DNA of 64,000 nt, taken from Alkalispirochaeta sp. (GTDB taxonomy: Bacteria > Spirochaetota > Spirochaetia > DSM-27196 > Alkalispirochaetaceae). The translations under genes were made by a program, and so were the position numbers. Each line of letters starts with the position of its first letter. The first letter of the stretch is position 1. This document shows, in pieces, positions 49,252 through 58,668 of the stretch. Location: NCBI GenBank assembly GCA_965601925.1, contig OZ271854.1, positions 3,072,001-3,136,000 on the forward strand. The letters are read 5' to 3'. The notes below the pieces were generated by a model. It made no database searches and was not told where the DNA came from. It was given only the letters and a program-made list of their open reading frames with translations.

Positions 49252-51444
49252 GTGGAACTCTCCGAGAAACTCGCCATTCTTGCCGAGTCGGCAAAGTACG
49301 ACGCCTCGTGCGCCTCGAGCGGGAGTCAAAGAGCCTCCTCGGACGGTATCGGTGCCACACGTACTACCGGGGTATGCCACACATGGTCCGCCGACGGTCG
49401 GTGTGTCTCGCTATTGAAACTGCTGTACACAAACCACTGCATCTACGACTGTGCCTACTGCGTCAACCGGCGGAGTAACGATATCCGGCGGGTCTCCTTC
49501 ACCGTCGATGAGGTCGTTACGCTGACGATGGATTTCTATCGGCGTAATTACATCGAAGGGCTGTTCCTCTCTTCCGGCATCGTCGGGGACCCCGACTATA
49601 CGATGGTACGGCTCGGCCGCGTCGCGCGCCGTCTGAGGGAGGATGAACGCTTCGGCGGATACATTCACCTCAAAGTCATACCGGGTGCGTCGAGGCGGAT
49701 CGTCGACGAGGCGGGGCGGTACGCCGATCGGTTGAGCGTCAATATCGAGTTGCCCTCCGAGCGAAGCTTGGTGGCCTTGGCGCCGCAAAAGACGAAACGC
49801 ACGATCGTCGGCACGATGGGACATCTGTCGGACAAGCTTGCGGAGGTCAAAGAGGATCGAAAGCGATTATCTCGCGTGCCGAGCTTTGCGCCGGCGGGCC
49901 AATCGACACAACTCATCGTCGGCGCGAGCTCCGAGAGTGATCGCACCATTATGACGCTGTCCTCATACTTCTATCGCACCATGGGAATGCGACGCGTTTA
50001 CTACTCCGCCTACGTTCCGGTCGCCGCCGATACGCGGTTACCGCTCCTCGATTCCCCGCCGCTGCGGCGCGAACACCGCCTGTACCAAGCGGACTGGCTC
50101 ATCAGATTGTACAAGTTCGAGGTAGCTGAGCTCTTCTCCGACGACCACGAGGATATCGACGTCGATCTCGATCCCAAGAGCGGTTGGGCGTTGCGCCACT
50201 ACGACCTGTTCCCCGTCGAGGTCCACAGCGCCGACTACGAGATGCTCTTGCGCGTTCCGGGGATTGGGTTGCGCACCGCCGCGCGCATCGTACGCCTCAG
50301 AAGACGGTCGCGGATCACCTTCGACACGCTTCGCAAAATCGGGGTGGTACTGAAGCGCGCTCGATACTTCATCACCTGCGGCGGTACGTATCTGGAGTCG
50401 CGCGATCTATCGGTCGATCTGTTGCGCTCGGCACTCGTCGAAAACGCGCGCGACGTACCGCTTCGTTCGACGGTCGTGCGTCAACGAGGGTGGGGCGGCG
50501 CCCGGACGGCCGGTCAACTCACGCTCTTCGGGATAGACGAATCGCTACGGGGTGCCACGGGTCACGCTCCCGCGATACCTCCCGACGGCGACGTCTCCCC
50601 ACGTCCCGGACGCCTCGGGAACGTCGTGCGGTATCCCGACCGGCCCGGACGCGCCTTTCGATACGACGGTACGTTCACCGGCCTCGCGACCCTGTTGGAG
50701 CACCTACTCCGCGAGCCGTCCGTACCGGTCGTCTCGATCGAGCGCGCCGTCCGGACGGGGACGGTACAGTTCGAGCTCATTCCCGATGCGCTTCTCGTCA
50801 CGGCCGATCGGCGGGCCGCCGACGCATTTGTGCAACGCTTTGAGAGACTCTTGCCGGCGCGCTGGATCGAACGATTTTACTGCGCATTTCTATCGGAGTG
50901 TCCCGGTATCGAGGTCGTTCTGTCCCGTCTGTCACGCGGCCTGATACTCACCGATACACCGTCGGCGACCGATTTCACCGACCGCGGATCGTTGATCGTA
51001 GAGGTCGAAAACGCCGAGCGACGCTTGTTTCGAGAGGTACACCGTTTTTTGGGCATCCTGCGGTTTCGCGCCGCAGAACACGGGGAGTGGGTCGCCGAAG
51101 TCGAACCTGGTTGCGACGTAGTGCCGCTCCTCGCCCCCCATTTTATCCGTCGCATGCGGCATGAACGTTGGCGCATCATCGATTTGAAGCGGCGCCGCGT
51201 GGCGCTGTATGCGTCGGGGAAGCTGCACATCACCGATGACGACCTCGGCGTCGCCGATCCTCGTATCGCGGCGGCCGCAGCGGCCGAAGACGACGAACGC
51301 ACGACGGCACTCTGGCGTGACTACGTGCGCGTGATAGCCATCGAGGAGCGGACCAACAGATCGTTGCAACAGCACTTTCTCCCCAAAAAGTATTGGCGGC
51401 ATCTGCCGGAGATGGACGGCTCCGACGGCGTATCCGCGCGATAG
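49252..51444 (+). CDS. Putative DNA modification/repair radical SAM-HhH protein (TIGR03916-like) fused to a TIGR03915/DUF4130-like domain
   Basis: KYDASC, CIYDCAYC, REHRLYQADWL and LLRVPGIG HhH, then YDGTF.GL, REVHRF.G.LRF, PHF..R, LW..Y and FLPKKYW..LPE in one frame. Confidence 0.85.
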   Translation: MELSEKLAILAESAKYDASCASSGSQRASSDGIGATRTTGVCHTWSADGRCVSLLKLLYTNHCIYDCAYCVNRRSNDIRRVSFTVDEVVTLTMDFYRRNYIEGLFLSSGIVGDPDYTMVRLGRVARRLREDERFGGYIHLKVIPGASRRIVDEAGRYADRLSVNIELPSERSLVALAPQKTKRTIVGTMGHLSDKLAEVKEDRKRLSRVPSFAPAGQSTQLIVGASSESDRTIMTLSSYFYRTMGMRRVYYSAYVPVAADTRLPLLDSPPLRREHRLYQADWLIRLYKFEVAELFSDDHEDIDVDLDPKSGWALRHYDLFPVEVHSADYEMLLRVPGIGLRTAARIVRLRRRSRITFDTLRKIGVVLKRARYFITCGGTYLESRDLSVDLLRSALVENARDVPLRSTVVRQRGWGGARTAGQLTLFGIDESLRGATGHAPAIPPDGDVSPRPGRLGNVVRYPDRPGRAFRYDGTFTGLATLLEHLLREPSVPVVSIERAVRTGTVQFELIPDALLVTADRRAADAFVQRFERLLPARWIERFYCAFLSECPGIEVVLSRLSRGLILTDTPSATDFTDRGSLIVEVENAERRLFREVHRFLGILRFRAAEHGEWVAEVEPGCDVVPLLAPHFIRRMRHERWRIIDLKRRRVALYASGKLHITDDDLGVADPRIAAAAAAEDDERTTALWRDYVRVIAIEERTNRSLQQHFLPKKYWRHLPEMDGSDGVSAR

Positions 51445-51611
51445 AGAGCAACCGGCCGGGCTCTTCTGAGGATGGGCCGACGGTCGGGATTGCGTGGAGC
51501 GTAAAAAACGTGGCACGGTGTTCGATATATGGTTCCCGCGGCGGAGAGACCGCGTGCCACGGGCACGCGTGCGACGATACGCATAGCTCTCCGACGGACA
51601 AAGGAGAGAGG

Positions 51612-52142
51612 ATGGAACTCAAGGACGTTCGCGGTCGGTCGTCGGTCGATTATATGCTGCGTACTACCCAACAGCATCATGTGCAGCTGAGCTTTATGGC
51701 CGATCAGAAAGCGAATATTGTAATTGCGTTCTCATCGGTCGTCTTCACCGTGTCGATTACCCAAATAGCGGGCGAGCGTGTGCTGTGGGCCTTTCCCGTC
51801 CTGGCGATGTTCTCAGGGATAGCGCTCATTTTCGCCATTCAGTCCGTGTTTCCCCGGTACCGACGGTCGGAGCATAAGAATCTCGGGATTGCATTGAATC
51901 CTCTTTTCTTCGGCCATTTCACCGAGATCTCTTTTGAAGAGTACAAAAACCGCATGGCGGAGGTCATATCCGACGATACCTCGGTCTACGAGACGATCCT
52001 CCTCGACATTTACCAGATCGGCCACGTGCTGAAAAACAAGAAGTATCGCTACCTCAGGATGAGCTATCAAGTATTTTGGATGGGGCTCATAGCCGCTCTG
52101 GTGGCGGTAATCGTTCAGATGGTGCTGCACGTAATGCCGTGA
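51612..52142 (+). CDS. Pycsar-effector-like membrane protein (DUF5706/PycTM-like)
   Basis: ADQKANIVI, two TM helices then PR, NPLFFGHF, KKYRYL and a third TM helix. AGGAGAG RBS. Confidence 0.75.
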   Translation: MELKDVRGRSSVDYMLRTTQQHHVQLSFMADQKANIVIAFSSVVFTVSITQIAGERVLWAFPVLAMFSGIALIFAIQSVFPRYRRSEHKNLGIALNPLFFGHFTEISFEEYKNRMAEVISDDTSVYETILLDIYQIGHVLKNKKYRYLRMSYQVFWMGLIAALVAVIVQMVLHVMP

Positions 52143-52239
52143 ACACCTCATGCGCGAGGAGTGGCGATTAGTTGATCATTTAGTGTGACGACGGTTCACG
52201 CCGTCTACGATGTGCAAAAATCACCGAGAGGAGAGACGA

Positions 52240-52557
52240 ATGAAGAAGCAGCGGTCCGTCGAGATTATTCGATACACGATTCCCGCCGATCAGTCGGCGA
52301 AGTTCGAGGAGGCGTACCGGCACGCCGGTGAGTATCTCAAGAGCTCCCCGTACTGTTTGGGCTATCACGTGCTCCACGGGGAGGACGAGCCGACCCATTA
52401 CATCGTTACCATCTACTGGACCTCGATTGAGGACCACCTTTCCGGCTTTCGAAAGGGCGATGACTTTCCCCGTTTTTTCGAGCTGGTCAAACCCTTTTTC
52501 AACAACATAGAGGAGATGAAACACTATTCCGAGACGGCGAACGCCTGGACTCGATAG
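52240..52557 (+). CDS. Antibiotic biosynthesis monooxygenase (ABM) family protein
   Basis: EIIRY, FE.AY, SP.CL.Y, W.SIEDH..GFR and EM.HY. Confidence 0.75.
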   Translation: MKKQRSVEIIRYTIPADQSAKFEEAYRHAGEYLKSSPYCLGYHVLHGEDEPTHYIVTIYWTSIEDHLSGFRKGDDFPRFFELVKPFFNNIEEMKHYSETANAWTR

Positions 52558-52700
52558 CGGTGCATCGCGGCCGTCGCGGACCGGGCGTTTGGCGATGTAC
52601 CGCCTTAGAATCCATACCTCCGCGACGGACCCGTTGATCGACGCAGCGGCGAGATGCCGGCTCTTTCCAACCGGTCCTTGCAATCTGCTATACTTGGCCG

Positions 52701-55004
52701 GTGTCGAACAAACCTGGCGAAGATCGAACCGGGACCTGGGAGAAAGCACCCCATTTGGACCGACGGATCCGTCGATTGGTTCTCTTGACCGGTTTGGTGC
52801 CCAACGTGTTATTCGTGGTCTTCTCTCTCTTATACATCTCCAACGGAGTGTTTCGAACTCAAGAAGACGAGTATCGGAGAGCGGTTCTTCAGAGTACCGC
52901 GGAGGCCTATGATGAAGCCTTGGCCACGTGGGAAGCCAAACTCGCGCAGTTGGACCGATACGTGCGACTACTCTGCGACTTCCGGGGATATCCGAGCCCC
53001 TTCGACCCGGGATTTGCCCCCGACCTCAGGACCGATTGGCGATTAGTTACGGAGATCAGAGACTTTCTGAACCGATTCGTGGAAGAAAACCCCGATATTC
53101 AACGGGTAGCGTTCTTTAATCTCGGTACCGAGGTCGGGCTCGACTCAGTCGACGGATTCATCCGGGAACCCGGTGCCATACTTCCGACGGAGGAGCGGGG
53201 TCTGATCGCTACTCCGCCGTCACGCCGACGGATTTGGACCTTCATCGGTGGGCAAGCAGATGAGGAACCGCAGCGCCTCTCCCTCATCTCATTTCAGGGT
53301 TCCGGAGCGGCCAGAGAGAACCTCGGATTCTACTATCTTGAACCCTCGGAGCGGTACGTCAGGCGACCCGTTGAGCAAAAGCTCGAGATACGACGGAGTT
53401 TCCGGGTGGTCGTCGACGAACGGGGGCGTATTGTCGCTCATACGTCCGTAGCGGAGTTGCCCCCGAGGATCTCTCTCGACCGGTTGGCCGCGCCCTTCGA
53501 TCCCGCCGACTTTGCACACCACGTGGGCTACGATTTCATGCACCGTTCCGGGGCACACGCCGGCTGGAATCATTACCTTTTCTACGACCCCGTCGATTGG
53601 GTGCGCCGGCACTTCCTCCCGTTGTTCGTCATGTTTCTCGCGGCGAACGGACTCTTGTTTGTGGTCTTAGTGGCCGGCACGATCGTGGCCCGACGGATAT
53701 ATCAACCATTTCGCTTGATCCGCGGATCTCTTTCCAGCGATTTTGGTACGACGCTCCCCGATGCCAAGACTCAGGAGGTCCGTGAAATCCTCCACAACGT
53801 CAGGCGACTGCGCCAAGATTACCGCGACGAGGTGCAGACCAGGGCGGCGCTGGCCGAGCGCCTCAAGCGAGTGTACCCCGAAGCTCGAGCGCGGTTGATT
53901 GCTCGGGTCCTCCATGGATATGACATTTCGCCCGACATGGCGGAGATCCTCGATTCTCTGGGCCTGAACGAACGCGGAAGCTATCGCGTGATTGTGTTTC
54001 ATGTGTATCGAGCGACCCCGTCCGATCTGGACCGCCTGGTCTCGTCGGTCGAGGAATCAACCGCCACCGGCGCCCTTCTCTTCGCTCGGCTCGAGCCGGA
54101 GAAACCCGAGCTGATCGCGATTCTCAACGAGTCTTCAACGACTCGGGACTCGACGGGCCACGACGGTCTCGTCGATGCGGTGCGCTCGATTGCCGGCGCC
54201 GATAAACGCGAGGTGTTGGTGGTTCGAGGAGAGATCGGCAGGGGGCCGGCGGGTATCTACCACTCCTATCTGTTCGCCCGCTCGTGGCTGAGGGCGGCCT
54301 TTGTCCTCGGTCCGGGGATCGCGGACTCGGTGTCCCAAGTGCCGGGGGACTTTCACTGGCACAGGCACCGGAACGAAATTTTTGCCTCGTTGGAGGCCGG
54401 CGACATCGAAGAGGTGTCCCGCTCCTTGAAGTCCTTTGCCGAAGAAGCGAAATCCTGCCGTTTGAACGATAGCCGCGCTCGATTCTACTGCCGAACTGTG
54501 CTGAACCATGCCGCGAATCGACTACCGGCTCACCATACGGACAACGTTACTCTCGCACGTTCATTTGAGCGGTGGATTGTCGAGTTCGAGGAGCGATTCC
54601 CCTATCTTGAGGCGTTCGTTGATTTCTTAGGCGATACCTTGGCCGGAGCATCGGAGCGTAGGGACGACCGGCGCTACAGCGTTCACGCGGTCAAGACCCT
54701 CAGTCACATCCACGAGTCCTACGCCCGAAACATCGGGCTTAACGAAATTGCCGATCGTTTGCGGTTATCGGTGCCGTACCTTTCAAGGCTTTTCAAGGAG
54801 GAGGTGGGAGAGTCGTTCAAGTCCTATCTCACGCGATTCAGGATCGGCAAGGCGAAAAATCTCCTTCAGGACGGCGATCTATCGATCGGCGACGTCGCCG
54901 ATTCGGTGGGGTATCCGAATACCGGCCAGTTCATCCGAATCTTCAAGAAGTACGAGGGGCTCACGCCCGGGGACTACCGCAGACGGTGGACCGTTTTCGA
55001 TTAA
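52701..55004 (+). CDS. Membrane-sensor AraC family regulator (YesS-like)
   Basis: Two TM helices flanking an extracytoplasmic region, and C-terminal YLSRLFK.EVG.SF..YL...RI.KAK.LL...VGY....F.R.FKK..G.TPG.YR. Confidence 0.85.
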   Translation: MSNKPGEDRTGTWEKAPHLDRRIRRLVLLTGLVPNVLFVVFSLLYISNGVFRTQEDEYRRAVLQSTAEAYDEALATWEAKLAQLDRYVRLLCDFRGYPSPFDPGFAPDLRTDWRLVTEIRDFLNRFVEENPDIQRVAFFNLGTEVGLDSVDGFIREPGAILPTEERGLIATPPSRRRIWTFIGGQADEEPQRLSLISFQGSGAARENLGFYYLEPSERYVRRPVEQKLEIRRSFRVVVDERGRIVAHTSVAELPPRISLDRLAAPFDPADFAHHVGYDFMHRSGAHAGWNHYLFYDPVDWVRRHFLPLFVMFLAANGLLFVVLVAGTIVARRIYQPFRLIRGSLSSDFGTTLPDAKTQEVREILHNVRRLRQDYRDEVQTRAALAERLKRVYPEARARLIARVLHGYDISPDMAEILDSLGLNERGSYRVIVFHVYRATPSDLDRLVSSVEESTATGALLFARLEPEKPELIAILNESSTTRDSTGHDGLVDAVRSIAGADKREVLVVRGEIGRGPAGIYHSYLFARSWLRAAFVLGPGIADSVSQVPGDFHWHRHRNEIFASLEAGDIEEVSRSLKSFAEEAKSCRLNDSRARFYCRTVLNHAANRLPAHHTDNVTLARSFERWIVEFEERFPYLEAFVDFLGDTLAGASERRDDRRYSVHAVKTLSHIHESYARNIGLNEIADRLRLSVPYLSRLFKEEVGESFKSYLTRFRIGKAKNLLQDGDLSIGDVADSVGYPNTGQFIRIFKKYEGLTPGDYRRRWTVFD

Positions 55005-55197
55005 CTCGATGCCGAGGCTTTTGTTGTCCTCAATAGGCCTTTGTTAACCCTCTCACAAACTCGGATCCGTTTCTCGGCGCACCGTGAGGAAGTCGCGTCA
55101 AGTATCGACATCTATGTGAAAAAGCGACAATTGACGGGACCGCGGACCGACCCAAAAATCGTGGTTACCGGGAAACCGGGGGAAGGAGAGCGGTACG

Positions 55198-56145
55198 GTG
55201 TCGGAGGCTGCGGCGATTATTCTGAGAAAACCCACCGGGAGGACGGGATCCCTTCGCCGAAGGATCTATGACCACCGTTGGGTATACCTCCTTGCTGCAC
55301 CGGGGGTTCTCTATTTTCTGGTCTTTCACTATGCACCGGCGTACTTTGCGACCGCGGCGTTCAGGGACTACAGCGTTTTTCGTCCGCTTTCGGAAGCGCC
55401 ATGGGTGGGACTGAAGCATTTCCGCGACCTCTTTGAGCGACCTTTTTTCCTGACGTCGCTGCGCAACACCCTCATCATCAGTTTCATGCAGCGTGTGCTG
55501 TTCTTTCCCCTGCCCGTGGCGCTGGCGCTTCTTATCAACGAAATCCGCCACACGGGCCCGAAACGATTCGTTCAGTCCGTCGTGTATCTCCCCCACTTCC
55601 TCTCGTGGGTCATCGTCGGAGGTATTTTCACCGCAGTGCTCTCTCCGACCGGCGGCATCGTGAACCTTATGATCGAGGCGGCGGGCGGTGATGCGATCTT
55701 CTTCATGGCGGACCGGCGCTGGTTCCGGTGGGTGCTCGCGTTCAGCGAGCTATGGAAGGAGGCGGGGTGGGGCACTATCATCTATTTGGCGGCCATGGCC
55801 GACATTAGCCCCCAGTTGTATGAAGCGGCCGCCATCGACGGAGCGACTCGTCTGCAGCGACTTCGATACATCACCCTGCCCGCCATATCGCTCGCCATCC
55901 TCGTAGTGTTTACTTTGAGTCTTCGAAAGGTACTGATGTTGTTCGAGCAGGTCTTCGTGATGTACAACCCGGCGGTCGCCGAGGTGGCGGAAACGGTAGG
56001 GACGTACACCTATGTGGTCGGCATCCGGCAGGGCGACATCTCATATTCCGTAGCGGTGGGCCTCTTTCAGGGGTTCACCTCGCTTGTGATTGTGCTGGGC
56101 CTAAACTGGGTGAGCAAGCGGGTCAAAGACTTTTCACTGTTCTAA
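55198..56145 (+). CDS. ABC transporter permease (LplB/YteP-like)
   Basis: WVGLKHF, YLPHFLSWV, GWGTIIYLAA and LYEAAAIDGA. Confidence 0.92.
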   Translation: MSEAAAIILRKPTGRTGSLRRRIYDHRWVYLLAAPGVLYFLVFHYAPAYFATAAFRDYSVFRPLSEAPWVGLKHFRDLFERPFFLTSLRNTLIISFMQRVLFFPLPVALALLINEIRHTGPKRFVQSVVYLPHFLSWVIVGGIFTAVLSPTGGIVNLMIEAAGGDAIFFMADRRWFRWVLAFSELWKEAGWGTIIYLAAMADISPQLYEAAAIDGATRLQRLRYITLPAISLAILVVFTLSLRKVLMLFEQVFVMYNPAVAEVAETVGTYTYVVGIRQGDISYSVAVGLFQGFTSLVIVLGLNWVSKRVKDFSLF

Positions 56146-56160
56146 TCGGGAGTTTTTTCG

Positions 56161-57027
56161 ATGGTAATCACCGACCGTTTTAGCCTCTACGATGTTCTCG
56201 TGTACTCCGCGGCGGTGGTTGTTCTGGCCGCCGTCCTGGTGCCCATACTGCACGTGGTTGCCGTCTCCCTGGAGCCGGAGATCCTCGCCGGCCGGCCCGG
56301 CCGTTTTCAGATCATACCGCGTCAAGTGACGCTCGTTGCCTACCGAGAGGCCTTCTCGCGACCGGATGTCCCTCGCGCGCTGGTGAATACCGCCTTCGTG
56401 ACCGCTGTCTCCGCGGTTCTCGGTACCGCGTGGACGGGCATGCTCGCCTACAGCTTGACGATCCGATCGCTTCCGGGGCGGAAGATACTCGCCTATCTGG
56501 CGATCTTTACCATGGTGTTCAACCTGGGCATCATACCCCGGTATCTCCTCCTGCGCGATATCGGAATACTCAACACCCTGTGGGCACTCATTCTTCCGCC
56601 GATGATGTGGGCGTCGAACCTCATTATCATGCGCGCATTCTTTGCAGCCCAGCCGGCGAGTCTCCGGGAGTCGGCGCTGATCGACGGCGCCAACGAGGTG
56701 GCGATTTTCTTCAGGATCGTAGTGCCCCTGGCAACTCCGATTATTGCCACCATATTCCTGTTCTACGCGGTGACGCGGTGGAACTCATACTTCGACGCCG
56801 CGATTTTCGTGAATCGGCAGGAGTTCAGGACGATCCAGGTCGTGCTCCGGGCCGCGCTCATCGACCTCATCGGTGATGAAACCGGCGCGTCGGAGGGCGC
56901 GTTACTCTTTGGAGACAACCTTCGGATGGCGATAGCGGTGATATCGATCCTGCCGATCGTGGTCGTCTATCCCTTTCTCCAGAAGTTCTTTGTAAAAGGG
57001 TCTCTTATCGGCGCCGTCAAAGAGTAG
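56161..57027 (+). CDS. ABC transporter permease (LplC/YtcP-like)
   Basis: ESALIDGANE, LFYAV.RWN and YPFLQKFFVKG...GAVKE. Confidence 0.92.
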   Translation: MVITDRFSLYDVLVYSAAVVVLAAVLVPILHVVAVSLEPEILAGRPGRFQIIPRQVTLVAYREAFSRPDVPRALVNTAFVTAVSAVLGTAWTGMLAYSLTIRSLPGRKILAYLAIFTMVFNLGIIPRYLLLRDIGILNTLWALILPPMMWASNLIIMRAFFAAQPASLRESALIDGANEVAIFFRIVVPLATPIIATIFLFYAVTRWNSYFDAAIFVNRQEFRTIQVVLRAALIDLIGDETGASEGALLFGDNLRMAIAVISILPIVVVYPFLQKFFVKGSLIGAVKE

Positions 57028-57066
57028 ACGCGCCGAACCATATACGTCTTCGAAGGAGGTTAGGAT

Positions 57067-58545
57067 ATGAATCGACGATTACTCATCCTTACGTCGATGG
57101 TGCTCTTGGCTCTGGTAGGTGTACTCGGCTCGCTTGGTGCGGCCGGTACCCAGGAGGAGGCGGGCACCGACGCCGAGGGTCCCGTCAGAATCCGAATCAT
57201 GAAGTACGGGTGGGAGAACTTCGGACCGCTCTTGCCTTACATGACCGATTCGATTCGGGATCGATTCGGACTGGAGGTGGAATGGATTACGCCTGCCCGC
57301 GACACCTACGCCGAGCAGGTGAACATCATCTTCGCGTCCGGAGACTATCCCGAAATCATGGATATCAATAGGTACTCCGTCGTCGCCGAAGCGGCGGAAA
57401 ACGGCGTGCTTCTTCCCCTCGACGACGTAGTGGAAAGCCATCCGATATGGCGCGCCGTAGACCAGCAAGAGTTCTCCGCCACATCGGTCAACGGGACGAT
57501 CTACGGCTTTCTCCTTCAGCAGACGGCGCCGAACGTGATGGTCTACCGCAAAGACTGGGCCGATCGATTGGGGCTTGCCACGCCCGTCGGCCCCGATGCC
57601 CTCTTCGAGATGCTGCGGGCGTTCACCGAAGACGATCCCGACGGCAACGGAGAGGACGACACCTACGGGTTAACGTCGCGCAACGGACTGTTCGGCGACG
57701 GTCCCACCGTGTCGGAGCCCTTGTGGCGATACTTTCTGCCCGACTCTCCCCAAGAGGTCTACGTCACCGCGGACGGTACCCTCCGGCCGGTGTGGTATCA
57801 CACCGATGAGCTGATTGAGGCCATTCGGTGGGTGAACCGAGCCTACGACGAGGGGCTCATCGATCCGGAGTTCATCGTCGACGGCAAGAGCTCTCACGAG
57901 AACAAGTTCATCAACGGCTTCACCGGTGTGTGGCAAAAACAAAACATCTGGGTGCCGTCGCGGTACGAGAATATGGTCCAACTGGACCCCGAGGCCGAAC
58001 TGGCCGTCGTTCCGGCGGTTGAAAATGGGTTTGGGAGGCTAACCTACATCGCTACTCCCAACAGCAACACGACCTACATCACCGACCGCGCCGTCCCCCA
58101 TGAAGAGCGGATCAAGGAGTTTTACGCGTGGTTCCTCTCCTCAGAGGGCGCGCTCTTTCAGCAGGTCGGCCCCGAAGGGGTAACCTACACGTTCGAGGAC
58201 GGCGAGTTCACCTGGCTGTCGGACGAGTTTGAGGAAATACCCTACCAACCGGCGTCGTTGCCCTTTTCGTTTCCGCCGGTGGAGAATCCCGTCGGCCTTC
58301 ACCCGCTGGCCGCACAGCTGATCGAACAGACCGAGTTCCAGTCGGTTGCAAACGCCGACGTGTTGCTCGAACGGTCGGAGCGGTGGAGGGCGATCGCCTC
58401 CGACATCGACAAGACGATCACGGAGGTGTTGACCGAGGCGATCCTCGGCGCGATCTCCCCCGAAGAGGCGATCGAGCGAATCGAGCGGATGAACGATCGG
58501 CTCAACGTCGATGAAGCGATCGCGGAAGTGAACGCACTTCGGTAG
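57067..58545 (+). CDS. Oligosaccharide ABC solute-binding protein (LplA-like)
   Basis: Signal ending LGAAGTQEE, ASGDYPEI, YRKDW and DPDGNGEDD loop. Confidence 0.9.
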   Translation: MNRRLLILTSMVLLALVGVLGSLGAAGTQEEAGTDAEGPVRIRIMKYGWENFGPLLPYMTDSIRDRFGLEVEWITPARDTYAEQVNIIFASGDYPEIMDINRYSVVAEAAENGVLLPLDDVVESHPIWRAVDQQEFSATSVNGTIYGFLLQQTAPNVMVYRKDWADRLGLATPVGPDALFEMLRAFTEDDPDGNGEDDTYGLTSRNGLFGDGPTVSEPLWRYFLPDSPQEVYVTADGTLRPVWYHTDELIEAIRWVNRAYDEGLIDPEFIVDGKSSHENKFINGFTGVWQKQNIWVPSRYENMVQLDPEAELAVVPAVENGFGRLTYIATPNSNTTYITDRAVPHEERIKEFYAWFLSSEGALFQQVGPEGVTYTFEDGEFTWLSDEFEEIPYQPASLPFSFPPVENPVGLHPLAAQLIEQTEFQSVANADVLLERSERWRAIASDIDKTITEVLTEAILGAISPEEAIERIERMNDRLNVDEAIAEVNALR

Positions 58546-58551
58546 CGCCTC

Positions 58552-58578
58552 GGCGGCCGGCCCGTTCAGCCGGCCGCC
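58552..58578. terminator. GC-rich hairpin between convergent operons
   Basis: GGCGGCCGGC-ccgttca-GCCGGCCGCC, a perfect 10-bp stem 7 nt after the stop. There is no U-tract. Confidence 0.5.
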
Positions 58579-58668
58579 ACGTCCCTCTCCACTCCCGACC
58601 GGTATCAAGACATCGCAACCATACGAGATACATGGACCGCCGGTGCGCGGAGCCGACGACGCGGTTTG

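Noticed and set aside
51612..52557. A complete Pycsar system
   Set aside because: The neighbouring gene is an ABM-family protein, not a pyrimidine cyclase, so only an effector-like gene is present.
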